64,000 nt of DNA. It comes from Bdellovibrionales bacterium. Lineage in GTDB: Bacteria > Bdellovibrionota > Bdellovibrionia > Bdellovibrionales > UBA1609. The stretch is taken from the NCBI GenBank assembly GCA_050249195.1, contig JBFWQY010000022.1, positions 18,720 through 82,719 on the forward strand, read 5' to 3'. Shown here piece by piece: positions 31,277 through 41,976 of this stretch (its first letter is position 1; the number at the start of each line of letters is the position of its first letter). The position numbers and the translations under genes were made by a program. The notes under the pieces are model-generated. The model was not told the DNA's origin and searched no databases. It saw nothing but the letters and a program-made list of their open reading frames with translations.

Positions 31277-32029
31277 TCACGCGCGCGCTTGGCCCTGCCG
31301 AGCCACGGCCTCTTGCGCTTTTGCGATCGCTTCGGGGTCGCCAAGATAGCTCTTGGTCTTGACGTTCAGATCTTTGTCCAACTCGTAGACCAAGGGAATA
31401 CCGGTTGGAACATTGAGTTCCATGATCTGTTCCGGTGTCATCTTCTCAAGATGTTGAATCAATGCGCGCAGGGAATTTCCATGTGCCACAACCAGAAGGC
31501 GCTCCCCAGCTTTCAATCGTGGGATCATCTCACCGGTCCATAACGGAAGCAGCCGGTCCAGGGTCGTCTTCAAAGTCTCACCGCGAGGAAATTCATCGGG
31601 AGGCACCGTGCGAAAACGGGGTTCACGGCGCTGCTTCTCCCATTCCGCATCGGTCAACAGGGGTGGCGGGGTATCATAACTCCGCCGCCAAATTTTGACC
31701 TGCTCGTCTCCATACTTCGCCGCCGTTTCACTCTTGTTGAGACCTTGCAGGCCACCATAATGCCTTTCATTCAGGCGCCAGGAGGTTTTCACAGGGAGGT
31801 ACATCGCCTCCATCTCGTCCATGGCCAGCCATAGCGTGCGGACGGCGCGCTTCAGTACGGAAGTGTAAGCCAAGTCGAATTCAAAATTTCCCTGCTGGAG
31901 AAGGCGCCCCGCTTGCCGGGCCTCTTCGCGTCCTTTTTCGCTGAGATCCACATCCACCCATCCCGTGAACCGGTTCTCCTTATTCCACTGACTTTCTCCA
32001 TGACGAATCAGGACCAATTTAAAGCTCAT
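31277..32029 (-). CDS. gpmA: 2,3-bisphosphoglycerate-dependent phosphoglycerate mutase
   Basis: LIRHGES.WN.ENRFTGW, LNERHYG, AHGNSLR. Confidence 0.97.
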   Translation of the reverse strand: MSFKLVLIRHGESQWNKENRFTGWVDVDLSEKGREEARQAGRLLQQGNFEFDLAYTSVLKRAVRTLWLAMDEMEAMYLPVKTSWRLNERHYGGLQGLNKSETAAKYGDEQVKIWRRSYDTPPPLLTDAEWEKQRREPRFRTVPPDEFPRGETLKTTLDRLLPLWTGEMIPRLKAGERLLVVAHGNSLRALIQHLEKMTPEQIMELNVPTGIPLVYELDKDLNVKTKSYLGDPEAIAKAQEAVARQGQARA

Positions 32030-32691
32030 TGCTGCCCTTTCTGTTCCGAATCCACATCCGAACTGGATTTGGAGAGCCGGATCGAGTCCGCTCCCAAAAT
32101 CCGTTGACTGGTGAGATGAAAATGCAATTCCAGATCCGGTTGGGCCTTGGCCCACACGCCACCCATGACCGAGGGCGGTTTGATTCCGAAATCGGAAAAA
32201 CGCACGCTTGTGACACCATCCACTTCCGCCACACCCTCGCGCTCCACGTACTGGGTCTTGAACTTCACGGGATAGGGCGAGGTCCCGATCTGGAGCTCAC
32301 CGTCGAGTTCGAACTCGCCCTTGGCGAAAAGATCACGCCAGGCCTGCGCGGACCGGGGCTTCGAACGAAAGGTCAACTCTGGCCTCTCCTTGGCGCGCAA
32401 GAGCTCCATTACATCTTCGTCCAACTCCTCTTCGCCGCTGTCAAATCCACGCACAGGAATATTGACCTCAATATGGTAGAGTCCACCCACTTCGGGAAGG
32501 ACCTGGGCTGAAATATCACAGTTGCGGCCCACGATCGAAGACCCACTAAAGAAAAAGAAAACGGTTTTCTTGGCGTGATACGCGACACAATGGCTTCCTT
32601 CAGCAAGGAGTGAAGGAAGGGCTTGGATCGCTCCCGGAACGGGTATCAAAAGGATCGCCGCCAGAATCCCATAGGGCCTACTCAGCCGCAC
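32026..32691 (-). CDS. YceI-like exported protein
   Basis: Signal peptide; IPVRGFDSG...[19 protein letters not shown]. Confidence 0.75.
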   Translation of the reverse strand: MRLSRPYGILAAILLIPVPGAIQALPSLLAEGSHCVAYHAKKTVFFFFSGSSIVGRNCDISAQVLPEVGGLYHIEVNIPVRGFDSGEEELDEDVMELLRAKERPELTFRSKPRSAQAWRDLFAKGEFELDGELQIGTSPYPVKFKTQYVEREGVAEVDGVTSVRFSDFGIKPPSVMGGVWAKAQPDLELHFHLTSQRILGADSIRLSKSSSDVDSEQKGQQ

Positions 32692-33262
32692 TCGTCAGGT
32701 TCTCCTTCTTCGCTTTGAGGTCCGCGTCGCAAATCTCCAGTTTTTCTTCGTACTCGTCCTGCCTCTTGTTCAAAACCTGCTTGTACTTCTTAAAGCGAGC
32801 CAACCGATCCTGCAAGAACTCCTCGGAAACACCGACAATTCGATCCTTCTCGTCCACGCCAATATTGAAATCGTCTTCTTTATCCGTCACCCGATCGATG
32901 GGCTCGGTCCACATTAGCTTGCCATCGCCTCCGAGTTTCTTGGAGACCAGCTCCTCGCGGCAGGCCTTAAGCGCGCCATAAAGGCCTTTTGAACCATACT
33001 GTCGATTTCCATAAACCCGATCCTCCAAATCGTAGACCTCATACTGGAGCCGGCGCAGCTCCTCGTTCATGGCCACTTTCTTTTGAACAATCATATTGCC
33101 ACCTTTAACCCCCACCTTTTCATTCCCGGTGACGCTCTCCTCCTTATCCAGGCGGGTTTCGATGTCCCGGGCTTTGTGGGGATTGGACTTGCAACCCACA
33201 GTCATCGTCATCCCCAAAAAAGACAAGGCGGCCATCAGCAATCTCAAGCTTGGCTTTCGCAT
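32678..33262 (-). CDS. Coiled-coil lipoprotein, hypothetical
   Basis: Lipobox TVGC; helical charged body; overlaps the next gene. Confidence 0.8.
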   Translation of the reverse strand: MRKPSLRLLMAALSFLGMTMTVGCKSNPHKARDIETRLDKEESVTGNEKVGVKGGNMIVQKKVAMNEELRRLQYEVYDLEDRVYGNRQYGSKGLYGALKACREELVSKKLGGDGKLMWTEPIDRVTDKEDDFNIGVDEKDRIVGVSEEFLQDRLARFKKYKQVLNKRQDEYEEKLEICDADLKAKKENLTSAAE

Positions 33263-33318
33263 ATAATTCTCCTGGCATACATGCCTGAATGGATAAGATA
33301 TTATACGGCGGTGTCGGT

Positions 33319-34026
33319 TTAAGATGAAGGACTCACGGCAAGAAACCTTTGACGACCCAAGTCAATTTGCAGATCAATCAAGGTGGGCAACTCGATGTGG
33401 AGAGCGGCAAAGAGCGCGGCACTCCACTGCTTCTCATCGTGACTAACGGGATCTGAGAAGCGTGAGAAGACCTTGCGCACCGCTCGGATAGCTTCCGATC
33501 GCGGCAATCCGAGCCCCGATTCCGGATCGATTTCCACTCGACATTTCAGATGCAGATTGAGGACCCGGAATTCCAAATCCACCTTCTCGTCTCCAGGACT
33601 GGCCTGACATCCCAACCGATCACTTTCCCATGCTTTGAGATAAACCCAAACACCCCCTGATGGCTCGATTGGGAAAATTTCGCGCGCCAGAAACATTGTG
33701 ACCGCTTCGAGTGTGGCCGGCCGATCGTGAAACGCTTCATGATCCACATGAAAGGTCCTATGATCACAGAGTCGTTTCACGTGCGCAAGAGCCGGTCCCA
33801 GATCACATTCGTGGCCCGTTGCCGACCGGACACTCAAATCCACCCTGAGGTTACTGCCAACTCCCACTGGGAAACTTAGATCTCTGTAGACCGCCTGGTT
33901 GCGGACCTCGTCCCAACGCGGATTCCAGTACCTGAGAGCCGTGCTGACGTAAACGCTTTGACTTTGTACGAGCATTGGCGAAGTTATGCCGAAATAGGGC
34001 TTGGAAAGTCCACAAGTTTCTGTCAA
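33319..34026 (-). CDS. Degenerate QueD/6-pyruvoyl-tetrahydropterin-synthase-like protein
   Basis: YWNPRW...N, LCDHRTF, ATLEAV...WESD, second IDPESG repeat; the His ligands are absent. Confidence 0.55.
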   Translation of the reverse strand: MTETCGLSKPYFGITSPMLVQSQSVYVSTALRYWNPRWDEVRNQAVYRDLSFPVGVGSNLRVDLSVRSATGHECDLGPALAHVKRLCDHRTFHVDHEAFHDRPATLEAVTMFLAREIFPIEPSGGVWVYLKAWESDRLGCQASPGDEKVDLEFRVLNLHLKCRVEIDPESGLGLPRSEAIRAVRKVFSRFSDPVSHDEKQWSAALFAALHIELPTLIDLQIDLGRQRFLAVSPSS

Positions 34027-34073
34027 GACTCAAAGAGTAGCATGGCATTGAAATCCGAAGTGGGAGGGGAATT

Positions 34074-35747
34074 ATGGAAAGACCCTGGCTAAAAAGCTAT
34101 CCTCGAGGCGTGGCTCACGAAATCGATGTAAACCGATATTCTTCAGTCAACGAACTCTTTGATGAGAGCGTTCATAAGTACCGGGATCGGCCCGCGTTCG
34201 TGAACATGGGCACCGAAATCACCTTTGAAGATCTCAACTACCTCTCGGCCGACTTTGCCTCATTCCTGCAGAACGTCGCGGGGTTGAAGAAGGGAGATCG
34301 GGTCGCCATTCAGATGCCCAACCTCCTTCAATACCCGATCGTGCTTTTCGGAGCCCTTCGCGCTGGCCTGGTGGTGGTGAATACCAATCCCCTCTATACC
34401 GCCCGCGAAATGAAGCATCAGTTCAAGGATTCCGGCGCCAAAGCGATTGTGATTTTGGCCAATTCCGCCCACCTCCTTCAGGAAATCCTTCCGGAAACTG
34501 ACATCCGCACCGTGGTGGTGACCGGGGTTGGAGACCTCCTCGGATTTCCGAAGAGCCTCCTTGTAAACAGCATTGTGAAACACGTGAAGAAGATGGTTCC
34601 CCCGTATCACCTGCCGGGAGCCTATGGGTTTTATCAGGCCCTCGATCTCGGCGCCGAAGCCAGCTTCCAACCCGTGCGATGCGCTCCCGAAGACCTGGCC
34701 TTCCTTCAGTATACGGGAGGGACAACCGGCGTCAGCAAGGGGGCCATGCTCACTCACCGGAACATCCTCGCCAACATGCTGCAGATCGCGGAGTGGATGA
34801 AGCCGAGCCTGGAAATGGGACAAGAGGTGGCGATACTCGCTCTTCCCCTCTACCATATCTTTTCTCTCACCGTGAACGCGCTGGCCATGATGTATTATGG
34901 CGCCACCAATCTGATGATCACCAATCCACGTGACATCCCGGCCTTTATTAAAACTCTGCGCCGCAATCGCTTCACGCTCTTTCCGGCTTTAAATACTCTT
35001 TATACGGCGCTGATGAATCACCCGGATTTCGACAAAATCGATTTTTCTCACCTTAAGGTGAGTGTGGCTGGAGGCATGGCTCTGCAGCGCCCGGTGGCCG
35101 AAGCCTGGAAAAAACGGACTCAGACCCTGATTGTTGAAGGTTATGGCTTGACCGAAACCTCGCCCGTGGCCAGCTGTAATCCCATTGACGGGACGGACAA
35201 GATTGGCACGATCGGGATTCCGTTGCCCTCGACGGATATCAAACTGGTAAAGGAAGACGGGCACGAGGCGTCGCTGGGTGACGCCGGAGAGATCTGCATC
35301 AAAGGACCACAGGTCATGAAGGGCTATTGGCAACGCCCCGAGGAAACCGCGAAAATCCTGAGTTCCGATGGATGGCTGGCCACAGGCGATGTCGGGGTGA
35401 TGGACGCCGATGGATTTATCAAGATCGTTGACCGAAAGAAAGATATGATCCTTGTTTCCGGGTTCAATGTCTATCCCAACGAAATCGAAGAGGTGGTTGT
35501 CGCTCATCCCAAGGTGCTCGAAGCCGCCGCGATCGGTGTTCCGGATCCCCACTCCACGGAGGCCGTTAAGGTGTTCGTGGTGCCTAAGGATACTTCGCTG
35601 ACAAAGGATGAGATTCTGGCCCACTGCAAACAAAATCTGACAGGGTACAAAGTTCCTCGCTTTGTCGAGTTTCGCCAAGAGTTGCCGAAGACCAACGTGG
35701 GAAAAGTACTGCGTCGCGAACTTCGTGACCAGGAACTGAAAGCCTAA
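34074..35747 (+). CDS. fadD: Long-chain fatty-acid--CoA ligase
   Basis: QYTGGTTGVSKG, EGYGLTETSP, TGD, DRKKDMILVSGFNVYPNEIE, PKTNVGK. Confidence 0.93.
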   Translation: MERPWLKSYPRGVAHEIDVNRYSSVNELFDESVHKYRDRPAFVNMGTEITFEDLNYLSADFASFLQNVAGLKKGDRVAIQMPNLLQYPIVLFGALRAGLVVVNTNPLYTAREMKHQFKDSGAKAIVILANSAHLLQEILPETDIRTVVVTGVGDLLGFPKSLLVNSIVKHVKKMVPPYHLPGAYGFYQALDLGAEASFQPVRCAPEDLAFLQYTGGTTGVSKGAMLTHRNILANMLQIAEWMKPSLEMGQEVAILALPLYHIFSLTVNALAMMYYGATNLMITNPRDIPAFIKTLRRNRFTLFPALNTLYTALMNHPDFDKIDFSHLKVSVAGGMALQRPVAEAWKKRTQTLIVEGYGLTETSPVASCNPIDGTDKIGTIGIPLPSTDIKLVKEDGHEASLGDAGEICIKGPQVMKGYWQRPEETAKILSSDGWLATGDVGVMDADGFIKIVDRKKDMILVSGFNVYPNEIEEVVVAHPKVLEAAAIGVPDPHSTEAVKVFVVPKDTSLTKDEILAHCKQNLTGYKVPRFVEFRQELPKTNVGKVLRRELRDQELKA

Positions 35748-35842
35748 ATCGTCGTCACCTCCCCCAACGGGTTGTCTTCCGTAGCCGATGTGTGTAGTAC
35801 GGGGGCCCCCTGGCGCGCGATCGTGAAGGGATTCGCGCGTTC

Positions 35843-36184
35843 ATGGCACTGGTGCCCTCGATTGTGGTCTCCGAGTTCTTTACAACTCTTTCAGGTGTGC
35901 GCAGCCGTGAGCATTCCGTCTCCGCGCGCACGGTCCCGCGCGGCAGCGAACGCGTGGGCGTTGCGGCGACCGTGAATAACAAATCCCTTATGGTGGTGGT
36001 GAACACTCGAAACTTCAAGGTTGTTGATGTGGAATGGCAGCGAATCAGCCTAGTGAATATGAAGAAGTTCGCTTACCAGCGTGACCTGCGCCAGTATTGG
36101 GGCCAGGATCCAGCTAACTCCCGGCCAGTCACCCAGCTCACCGAGCAGTTGATTCAATCGGGCAAACTGATTCGTTGCGACTGA
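35843..36184 (+). CDS. Hypothetical protein (possibly a 5'-truncated remnant)
   Basis: 113-aa ORF filling the gap; in-frame TAG at 35795 just upstream. Confidence 0.35.
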   Translation: MALVPSIVVSEFFTTLSGVRSREHSVSARTVPRGSERVGVAATVNNKSLMVVVNTRNFKVVDVEWQRISLVNMKKFAYQRDLRQYWGQDPANSRPVTQLTEQLIQSGKLIRCD

Positions 36185-36238
36185 CCGCAAAAAAAAGAAC
36201 CTGGTCGGGCTGGAATCAGGCTGATAATGTGAACCTCT

Positions 36239-37642
36239 ATGGATCAGCGTGACTACAGCCCGACCAAGAAAGCCTTGCAAATCAATCTCGACGATTCCAT
36301 CTATGGCACGTTCGCGGAAATTGGAGCGGGTCAGGAAGTGGCTCGCCTCTTCTTCCAAGCAGGGCGAGCTTCGCACACGATTGCGAAGTCCATTTCCGCC
36401 TACGACATGACTTTCAGCGACGAAATCTACGGCAAGGAAACGCGCTATGTTTGCGAGGCGCGCCTGTTGCGAATGCTCGAACACGAATTCAGCCTTCTGC
36501 AAGAACGTTTGCAGGGGCAGCGGGGACATCACACCCGTTTTTTCGCATTTGCCGATACCGTAGCCACGGCCAGCAGTCAGGATGGGCAAGCCAAGTCCCA
36601 CGGCTGGATGGGAATTCGTTTTCAAACGCGTCCGGGAGGGCCGTCCAATGACATTATCTTACATGTGAAACTTTGGGATCGCTACCGCCTCCAACAGCAA
36701 GAGGCTCTGGGCGTGCTTGGAGTCAACTTGATCCACATGGCCTTCTTGCCACCGGATCGGGCGGAAGAACGAATCTCGTTTTTGATCGAGAGCCTCAGCA
36801 CCCGACGTATTGAAGTCAACATGATCCGGTTCCATGGCCCGGATCTCGCGCATTTGGACAATCGCCTTCTCAGCCTAGAATTGGTGAAGCAGCGTTTGAC
36901 CGAGGCGGTTCTCTTTGGTCCGCGGTGTGAAACCGAACACGCCGCCGACGCCCTGTTTCGGCAAGCCGTTTTGGTTCAACGTGGAAGCTTTCGTCCCATC
37001 ACCAATTCAAATTTGGAGATTTTGAACAAAGTGCTGGACCAGTTCCGCCGTCACCCCATGGTTGAGGGAGCTGAACCCCGGGTGCTCTTTGATATTCCCA
37101 TGAACAGTCTGGCGGTCGAAGACGGAAGTGTGAATGATGAGGACTTCCTCCACCGAGTGGACACCTTGGCGGCCTTGGGACAAGAGGTGCTGATCTCGAG
37201 TTTTCGCTACTTTTACCAGTTGAAAAGTTTTTTGAGACAAAACACGGCCGGTCCTGTGGGCATTGTTGTGGGCGCGTCGCTTTTACCGAAAATGTTTGAC
37301 GAGGGCTTCTACGAGGAGCTCCCCGGTGGAATTCTCGAAGGCATGAGCCGCCTCTTCGACGAAAAAACGCGGGTCTTTGTTTATCCCTACAAGGACGACA
37401 AGATCTGCGCGACGGCGAAAACGTTCCACCCTTCACCGAAGCTCCAATATCTCTACAAGCACCTGGTTCATAACGAATGGATCACGGATGTCTTGGAGTG
37501 CGATGATTTGGATACCTCAATTCACTCATCCGATGTACGCGAGCTACTCGCGCGTGGCGACGCCCGATGGAAAACACTTGTTCCGGAAAAAGTCCGGCGG
37601 TTGATTGAGGAGCGCCAGCTCTTCGGCTATCGGCCGCGGTAG
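36239..37642 (+). CDS. Nicotinate-nucleotide adenylyltransferase-like protein
   Basis: KALQINLD..IYGTFAEIGAGQEV, SAYDM.FSD.IYG, RGSFRP, SSDVRELL..GD..W..LVP. Confidence 0.8.
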   Translation: MDQRDYSPTKKALQINLDDSIYGTFAEIGAGQEVARLFFQAGRASHTIAKSISAYDMTFSDEIYGKETRYVCEARLLRMLEHEFSLLQERLQGQRGHHTRFFAFADTVATASSQDGQAKSHGWMGIRFQTRPGGPSNDIILHVKLWDRYRLQQQEALGVLGVNLIHMAFLPPDRAEERISFLIESLSTRRIEVNMIRFHGPDLAHLDNRLLSLELVKQRLTEAVLFGPRCETEHAADALFRQAVLVQRGSFRPITNSNLEILNKVLDQFRRHPMVEGAEPRVLFDIPMNSLAVEDGSVNDEDFLHRVDTLAALGQEVLISSFRYFYQLKSFLRQNTAGPVGIVVGASLLPKMFDEGFYEELPGGILEGMSRLFDEKTRVFVYPYKDDKICATAKTFHPSPKLQYLYKHLVHNEWITDVLECDDLDTSIHSSDVRELLARGDARWKTLVPEKVRRLIEERQLFGYRPR

Positions 37643-37751
37643 ATCCGTACGAAGCTCCCAAAAAGGAACCAAGTAAGGACTTGGACAGTAAACTTTGCAA
37701 GTACAATCTCTGTGACTTTTATGGATGTTGATTTTTTGCGCGCTCTGATGA

Positions 37752-38414
37752 ATGTTGCCACCGGTGAAATCCACATTGGTTAGGACGTTACAATTGCCTA
37801 GCGCTCGGAAGAGCCGCTCATCGACGCTTGTATTTGGCCTGCGTTTGATCTTCGCCGTTTTTCTTGTCGGGCCGTTATGCGTTCAAGGAGAAGTCGTAAC
37901 GGTTACTTTCAAGTATTTCGCTATGGGCTTTGTTGCCGACTTTGATCCCAGCGGGCGGACTCCGCATGGAGAAGTGCGGGAAGTCATTGGCCATTTGATG
38001 GGTCCTCCGTTGCAAATCGATAAACTGACCCTGGTACCGCTCAGAAATGGCAACCGCAGGTTCACGCTCGAGTTTCAGGATCAGAATGTGAGCGGCGTGA
38101 CGTTCACCTTGAATATTGAATTTGATGCGAATGGGCCCGTCTCAGCTGACTTATTAAAATATTATGGGATTTTGCCGGGCACCGTTGAAAACTTAAATGT
38201 GGCGGCGGGCTGGCCGCGCCAATGGTCACGACCTCCGCAGGCTCTGTTTCCAAACTCAAGTGCGGCCGGTTCTGCAGCTGGCAGCAGCTCCGGTGCAGCC
38301 GCCGGCACGGCTGATCCAGATTCCGCGGCCCCCTGTGAAGAACTCTTGAGTGACAGTGACAGACTGACGAAAAAATATGAAGGTACCGATTGGTCTAGAT
38401 CTTGGGGAATTTAG
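37752..38414 (+). CDS. Hypothetical exported protein
   Basis: Hydrophobic signal-like segment, Ala/Ser/Gly linker, PCEELLS near the C-terminus. Confidence 0.55.
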   Translation: MLPPVKSTLVRTLQLPSARKSRSSTLVFGLRLIFAVFLVGPLCVQGEVVTVTFKYFAMGFVADFDPSGRTPHGEVREVIGHLMGPPLQIDKLTLVPLRNGNRRFTLEFQDQNVSGVTFTLNIEFDANGPVSADLLKYYGILPGTVENLNVAAGWPRQWSRPPQALFPNSSAAGSAAGSSSGAAAGTADPDSAAPCEELLSDSDRLTKKYEGTDWSRSWGI

Positions 38415-38432
38415 GGAATCGAGGATGAGACC

Positions 38433-39962
38433 TCAGGCCTCCTTATTTCCATTTCCCTCTTTCAGCCTCCCCGACTCAGACTGCAGCCACTCGATGACAC
38501 CGAGTACGGCCTGACCGCTTCCTCCCGGCTCCAACCAGGCGCCGTCAGGAGAATCCTTCCACGCATAGATATCGAAATGGGCCCACGGGGTCGCGCCCAC
38601 AAATTTTTCCAGGAACAAGGCCGCCGTCACAGCGCCTCCAAAGCCATCCGCGGCGTTGACCATCTCTGCAAATCCGGAATCCAGCTGGCCGCGATATTTT
38701 TGATAAAGTGGCATGATCCATGCCGGATCACCCGCTTTTTGTCCACTCTCCGCGAGGGCCGAGGCGAATTGGGAATCATTGGAAAAGAGGCCCGCCAACT
38801 GACTGCCAAGCCCGACCTTGATGGCACCTGTTAGCGTCGCAATATCGATCACGGCTCCTGGTTTGTCTTTCTGGGTGATGGCGACGTCAAGCGCATCAGC
38901 AAGAACCAACCGTCCTTCCGCATCCGTGTTATGTATCTCCACGGTCGATCCATTCCGTGCCGTCAGGATGTCGCCTGGGCGGTAACTCCGCTCACTCACC
39001 GCATTTTCCGCAAGTGCGAGATAGAAATCGAGAGGACAGTTGGGTTGCGTTAGAGCCGCATACAGCGCCACGCCGACAACCGCCGCCGATCCTCCCATAT
39101 CCTTCTTCATCAGCCGCATTCCCGACGAGGTCTTGATATCGAGTCCTCCGGAATCAAACGTAATTCCTTTACCAACAAAAACGACCGGAGCGCGTCTAGC
39201 CGATCCCGTGCGATAGCTGAGATGAACGAGGCGGGGAGGCGTTTTGGCGCCAGAACCCACTCCGAGCAGAAGCCCGGCGCCTTCCTTTTGCAGACGCGCT
39301 TCATCCCAGACCTCTGTTTTAAAGTTCTTAAAACCGCGGAAGAGAATTTTCATCGCATCCGCATAGCTGACCGGGTTCAGCCAATTGGGCGGAAGATTCA
39401 CAAGGTGGCGAGCCAGGTTGACGGCCTGCCCGCGCGAGGTGAGAGTCCGCAGCTGCGAACCCTTGAGTTCCTTATCTTTGTGCAGCAGCCTCAGGAGCAA
39501 TTTGGGATCCTCATTCTTGAGGACACGTTTAAATCGATACAGCGCCATTTCCATCCCGGTGATCGCCGCTTCCAACTCCGCCGCAGGAATATCCAGCAGC
39601 CACTCGGCCCATTGGATCTCTAAGCGCTCCAAAGCGCCAATGGCCGCGCCCACGGCATCCCGGATCCGGGCGCCCACGGGGGCCTTCAGGCGCGGATCCT
39701 TCTCCAGATCCTCCGCCGCCATAGGCGACACCAGCACCTTTACGCCGGCCGCGGAATCCGTGACCCGCACCGTGGCGCGCAGTTGGGACTCTGTTTCGGC
39801 CGGAAAGTGGGTGCGCCAATCCTTAGGCGGAATTGCCTTCTCACCCATGTGCACGCGCACCTCCGCGCGCCTCTGCACAGATTTGGGTGCCGACGCGAGA
39901 TGAAGTTCCAAACGTGAGTCGGTTCTGAGGCCCCAAGGATAATTTGTGGATTTTGCCGGCAT
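38433..39962 (-). CDS. M17 leucyl aminopeptidase
   Basis: VGKGITFDSGG, MKKDMGG, NTDAEGRLVLAD, DIATLTGA; start ATG 39962 after GAGGGAAGGGGAG. Confidence 0.95.
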   Translation of the reverse strand: MPAKSTNYPWGLRTDSRLELHLASAPKSVQRRAEVRVHMGEKAIPPKDWRTHFPAETESQLRATVRVTDSAAGVKVLVSPMAAEDLEKDPRLKAPVGARIRDAVGAAIGALERLEIQWAEWLLDIPAAELEAAITGMEMALYRFKRVLKNEDPKLLLRLLHKDKELKGSQLRTLTSRGQAVNLARHLVNLPPNWLNPVSYADAMKILFRGFKNFKTEVWDEARLQKEGAGLLLGVGSGAKTPPRLVHLSYRTGSARRAPVVFVGKGITFDSGGLDIKTSSGMRLMKKDMGGSAAVVGVALYAALTQPNCPLDFYLALAENAVSERSYRPGDILTARNGSTVEIHNTDAEGRLVLADALDVAITQKDKPGAVIDIATLTGAIKVGLGSQLAGLFSNDSQFASALAESGQKAGDPAWIMPLYQKYRGQLDSGFAEMVNAADGFGGAVTAALFLEKFVGATPWAHFDIYAWKDSPDGAWLEPGGSGQAVLGVIEWLQSESGRLKEGNGNKEA

Positions 39963-40001
39963 CGTCTCCCCTTCCCTCGCAAATGGCGGTATCATAATCA
40001 C

Positions 40002-41036
40002 ATGAGCGAGGACAGTCCAAACACTTTCAAAGTCGTACAACTGAATGCCGAAAACCTTTTTCTCTTTCTTGACGAGCCCGTCCGTCGTGATTGGAGACGC
40101 CTCTCGGAAAAGGAATGGCAAAAGCTGTCTGCGGCGACCACGCCAAACAAACCTCTCGGGAAAGTCCTTTGGCTTGCCGACTCCCTGCTGGAACTCGACG
40201 CCGATATTGTCTGCTTGAATGAAGTGGGTGGCTTGGAGTCCATTCAGAACTTTGCAAAGTTCTTCTTGGAGGAGCGTTACGTCCCTTATTTGATCGAAGG
40301 AAATTCGGATAGGGGGATTGATATCGGATATCTGGTGCGGCGAGCCTTCCCGGGCCAGGTCGAATTGCGCACCCATAAAGATCGGCCACTCAATTTCCTC
40401 TACCCGCACGAAGCGCAAGGCAATTTGTACTTTGAGGGCCTCGCCCCGGAAAAAATGTTGCGCACCCACTATTTTTCGCGGGACTGCGCCGAACTACGGC
40501 TTTATACGCGCGGCGTGGATCGCCCGAGCCTGATCCTCCTGTTGGTTCACCTCAAATCCAAGTTGGACCCAGATGGCATCGATCCCGAAGGACGCGCGCG
40601 CCGACAGGCCGAGCTCAAAACGCTTGTGAACATCTATAACGAGGTCAGAGGAGAGTTTTCGCCCCCGGTTCCCATGATCGTAACTGGGGATTTCAATGGC
40701 TGCGCCCGGTTGGATCAGCCCGACCCGGAGTTCAAGGAACTCTCGGCCACTGATCTCACGAGCGTGGCGGATGTCGCGGGACTTAATGGAGACAGTGCCG
40801 CCACGCAAGTCGTCTTTAGCCGTACGGGACAGATCCACCCGATGCAAATCGATTATATGTTCGTATCACCCGAACTGCGTGCGGAACTCATTCCCTCGAG
40901 TATTGGCGTGTTCCGCTACCGCAGTGACTTACGTGTACCGTTGCCACTTCCCAAAACTCTAGAGCAGCGGACCTTTCTTCCTTCTGATCATTACCCTGTG
41001 GTCGCCACCTTTAACGATTTCTTGCGGCCCCGGTAG
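40002..41036 (+). CDS. Endonuclease/exonuclease/phosphatase family protein
   Basis: NAENL, LNEV, SDRGID, HLKSK, GDFN, IDY, SDHYPV. Confidence 0.92.
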   Translation: MSEDSPNTFKVVQLNAENLFLFLDEPVRRDWRRLSEKEWQKLSAATTPNKPLGKVLWLADSLLELDADIVCLNEVGGLESIQNFAKFFLEERYVPYLIEGNSDRGIDIGYLVRRAFPGQVELRTHKDRPLNFLYPHEAQGNLYFEGLAPEKMLRTHYFSRDCAELRLYTRGVDRPSLILLLVHLKSKLDPDGIDPEGRARRQAELKTLVNIYNEVRGEFSPPVPMIVTGDFNGCARLDQPDPEFKELSATDLTSVADVAGLNGDSAATQVVFSRTGQIHPMQIDYMFVSPELRAELIPSSIGVFRYRSDLRVPLPLPKTLEQRTFLPSDHYPVVATFNDFLRPR

Positions 41037-41062
41037 TTAGCGTTTCCTCATTTGGAAACGCC

Positions 41063-41896
41063 CTAGCGGGTGCTCTTTGCCTTTGATGATCCTTTTTTGC
41101 CTGGATCTTTAGCGCCGGTCTTGGTTTCAGGAGGCGGGGGCGCCGCTGAAGTCGTTGGCGTTGGAGTCTCCGTAACGGAGGCTACGGTTTTGCTTCCTTT
41201 GGGCGATTTCACATCCAGAAGCTCAACTTCAAAAATAAGTGCCGAACTGCCGGGTATGTTTTGGCGAGGACGGTCTCCGTACGCCAGCTCGGGCGGAACG
41301 TAAAACACAGCCTTGCCTCCCTTTTTCATCATCCGTAGACCTTCGGTCCAGCCCGGAATGACCCCTTTCAAGGGAAACTCTGCTGGAGCGTTGCGCCTAT
41401 AGCTGGAATCGAATTCGGTTCCATCCACCAGTGTCCCTTTATACTTCACCACGACCCAATCGTCGCCTTTAGGTGAGGGGCCTGAGCCGGATTGGATGAT
41501 CTTATACTGAAGCCCGCTCGCCGTGACCTTAACGTTGGGCTGACTGCGATTTTTTGTCAAAAACGCGTCCGACTTTTCCTTATTGCGAGCGGATTCGGCA
41601 CGAATGGCCTGTTGCTGCTCCTCACCGAGCCGTCGCATGGACGCGTCCATCTCCGCTTCCGTCATTTTGAGCGGGCCGCCGTTATATCCGTCGATGATTC
41701 CCGCCGCCAGCGCAGCCGTATCCAAATCCAGATTCTGCGCCTTCAGGCTTTTTCCGAATTGGGCGCCGATTGTGTAGCTGGCTTGTTGTTTGGGCGATTT
41801 CATTTTTTTGTTGGATGTCAACATCACGATCAGGAGTACGACAATCACAACGGCAGCGGCACTCAGGCCCGTGACCAGGATGCGGTGGCGATTCAT
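41063..41896 (-). CDS. FKBP-type peptidyl-prolyl isomerase (Mip/FkpA-like)
   Basis: SYTIG, TASGLQY, YKGTL.DGTEFDSSY, VIPGWTEGL, PELAYG, LIFEVELL. Confidence 0.95.
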   Translation of the reverse strand: MNRHRILVTGLSAAAVVIVVLLIVMLTSNKKMKSPKQQASYTIGAQFGKSLKAQNLDLDTAALAAGIIDGYNGGPLKMTEAEMDASMRRLGEEQQQAIRAESARNKEKSDAFLTKNRSQPNVKVTASGLQYKIIQSGSGPSPKGDDWVVVKYKGTLVDGTEFDSSYRRNAPAEFPLKGVIPGWTEGLRMMKKGGKAVFYVPPELAYGDRPRQNIPGSSALIFEVELLDVKSPKGSKTVASVTETPTPTTSAAPPPPETKTGAKDPGKKGSSKAKSTR

Positions 41897-41976
41897 ATGA
41901 TTTCCCCTATTCTACTCTCGATGCTAACGAGTCCCGACTCTTGACACAAGCTCTTTGCACGCGCATCTTTGCGCGC

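Noticed and set aside
39963-40469. 169-aa N-terminal extension of the M17 peptidase ORF
   Set aside because: It is antisense to the well-supported EEP gene, and a good RBS precedes ATG 39962.
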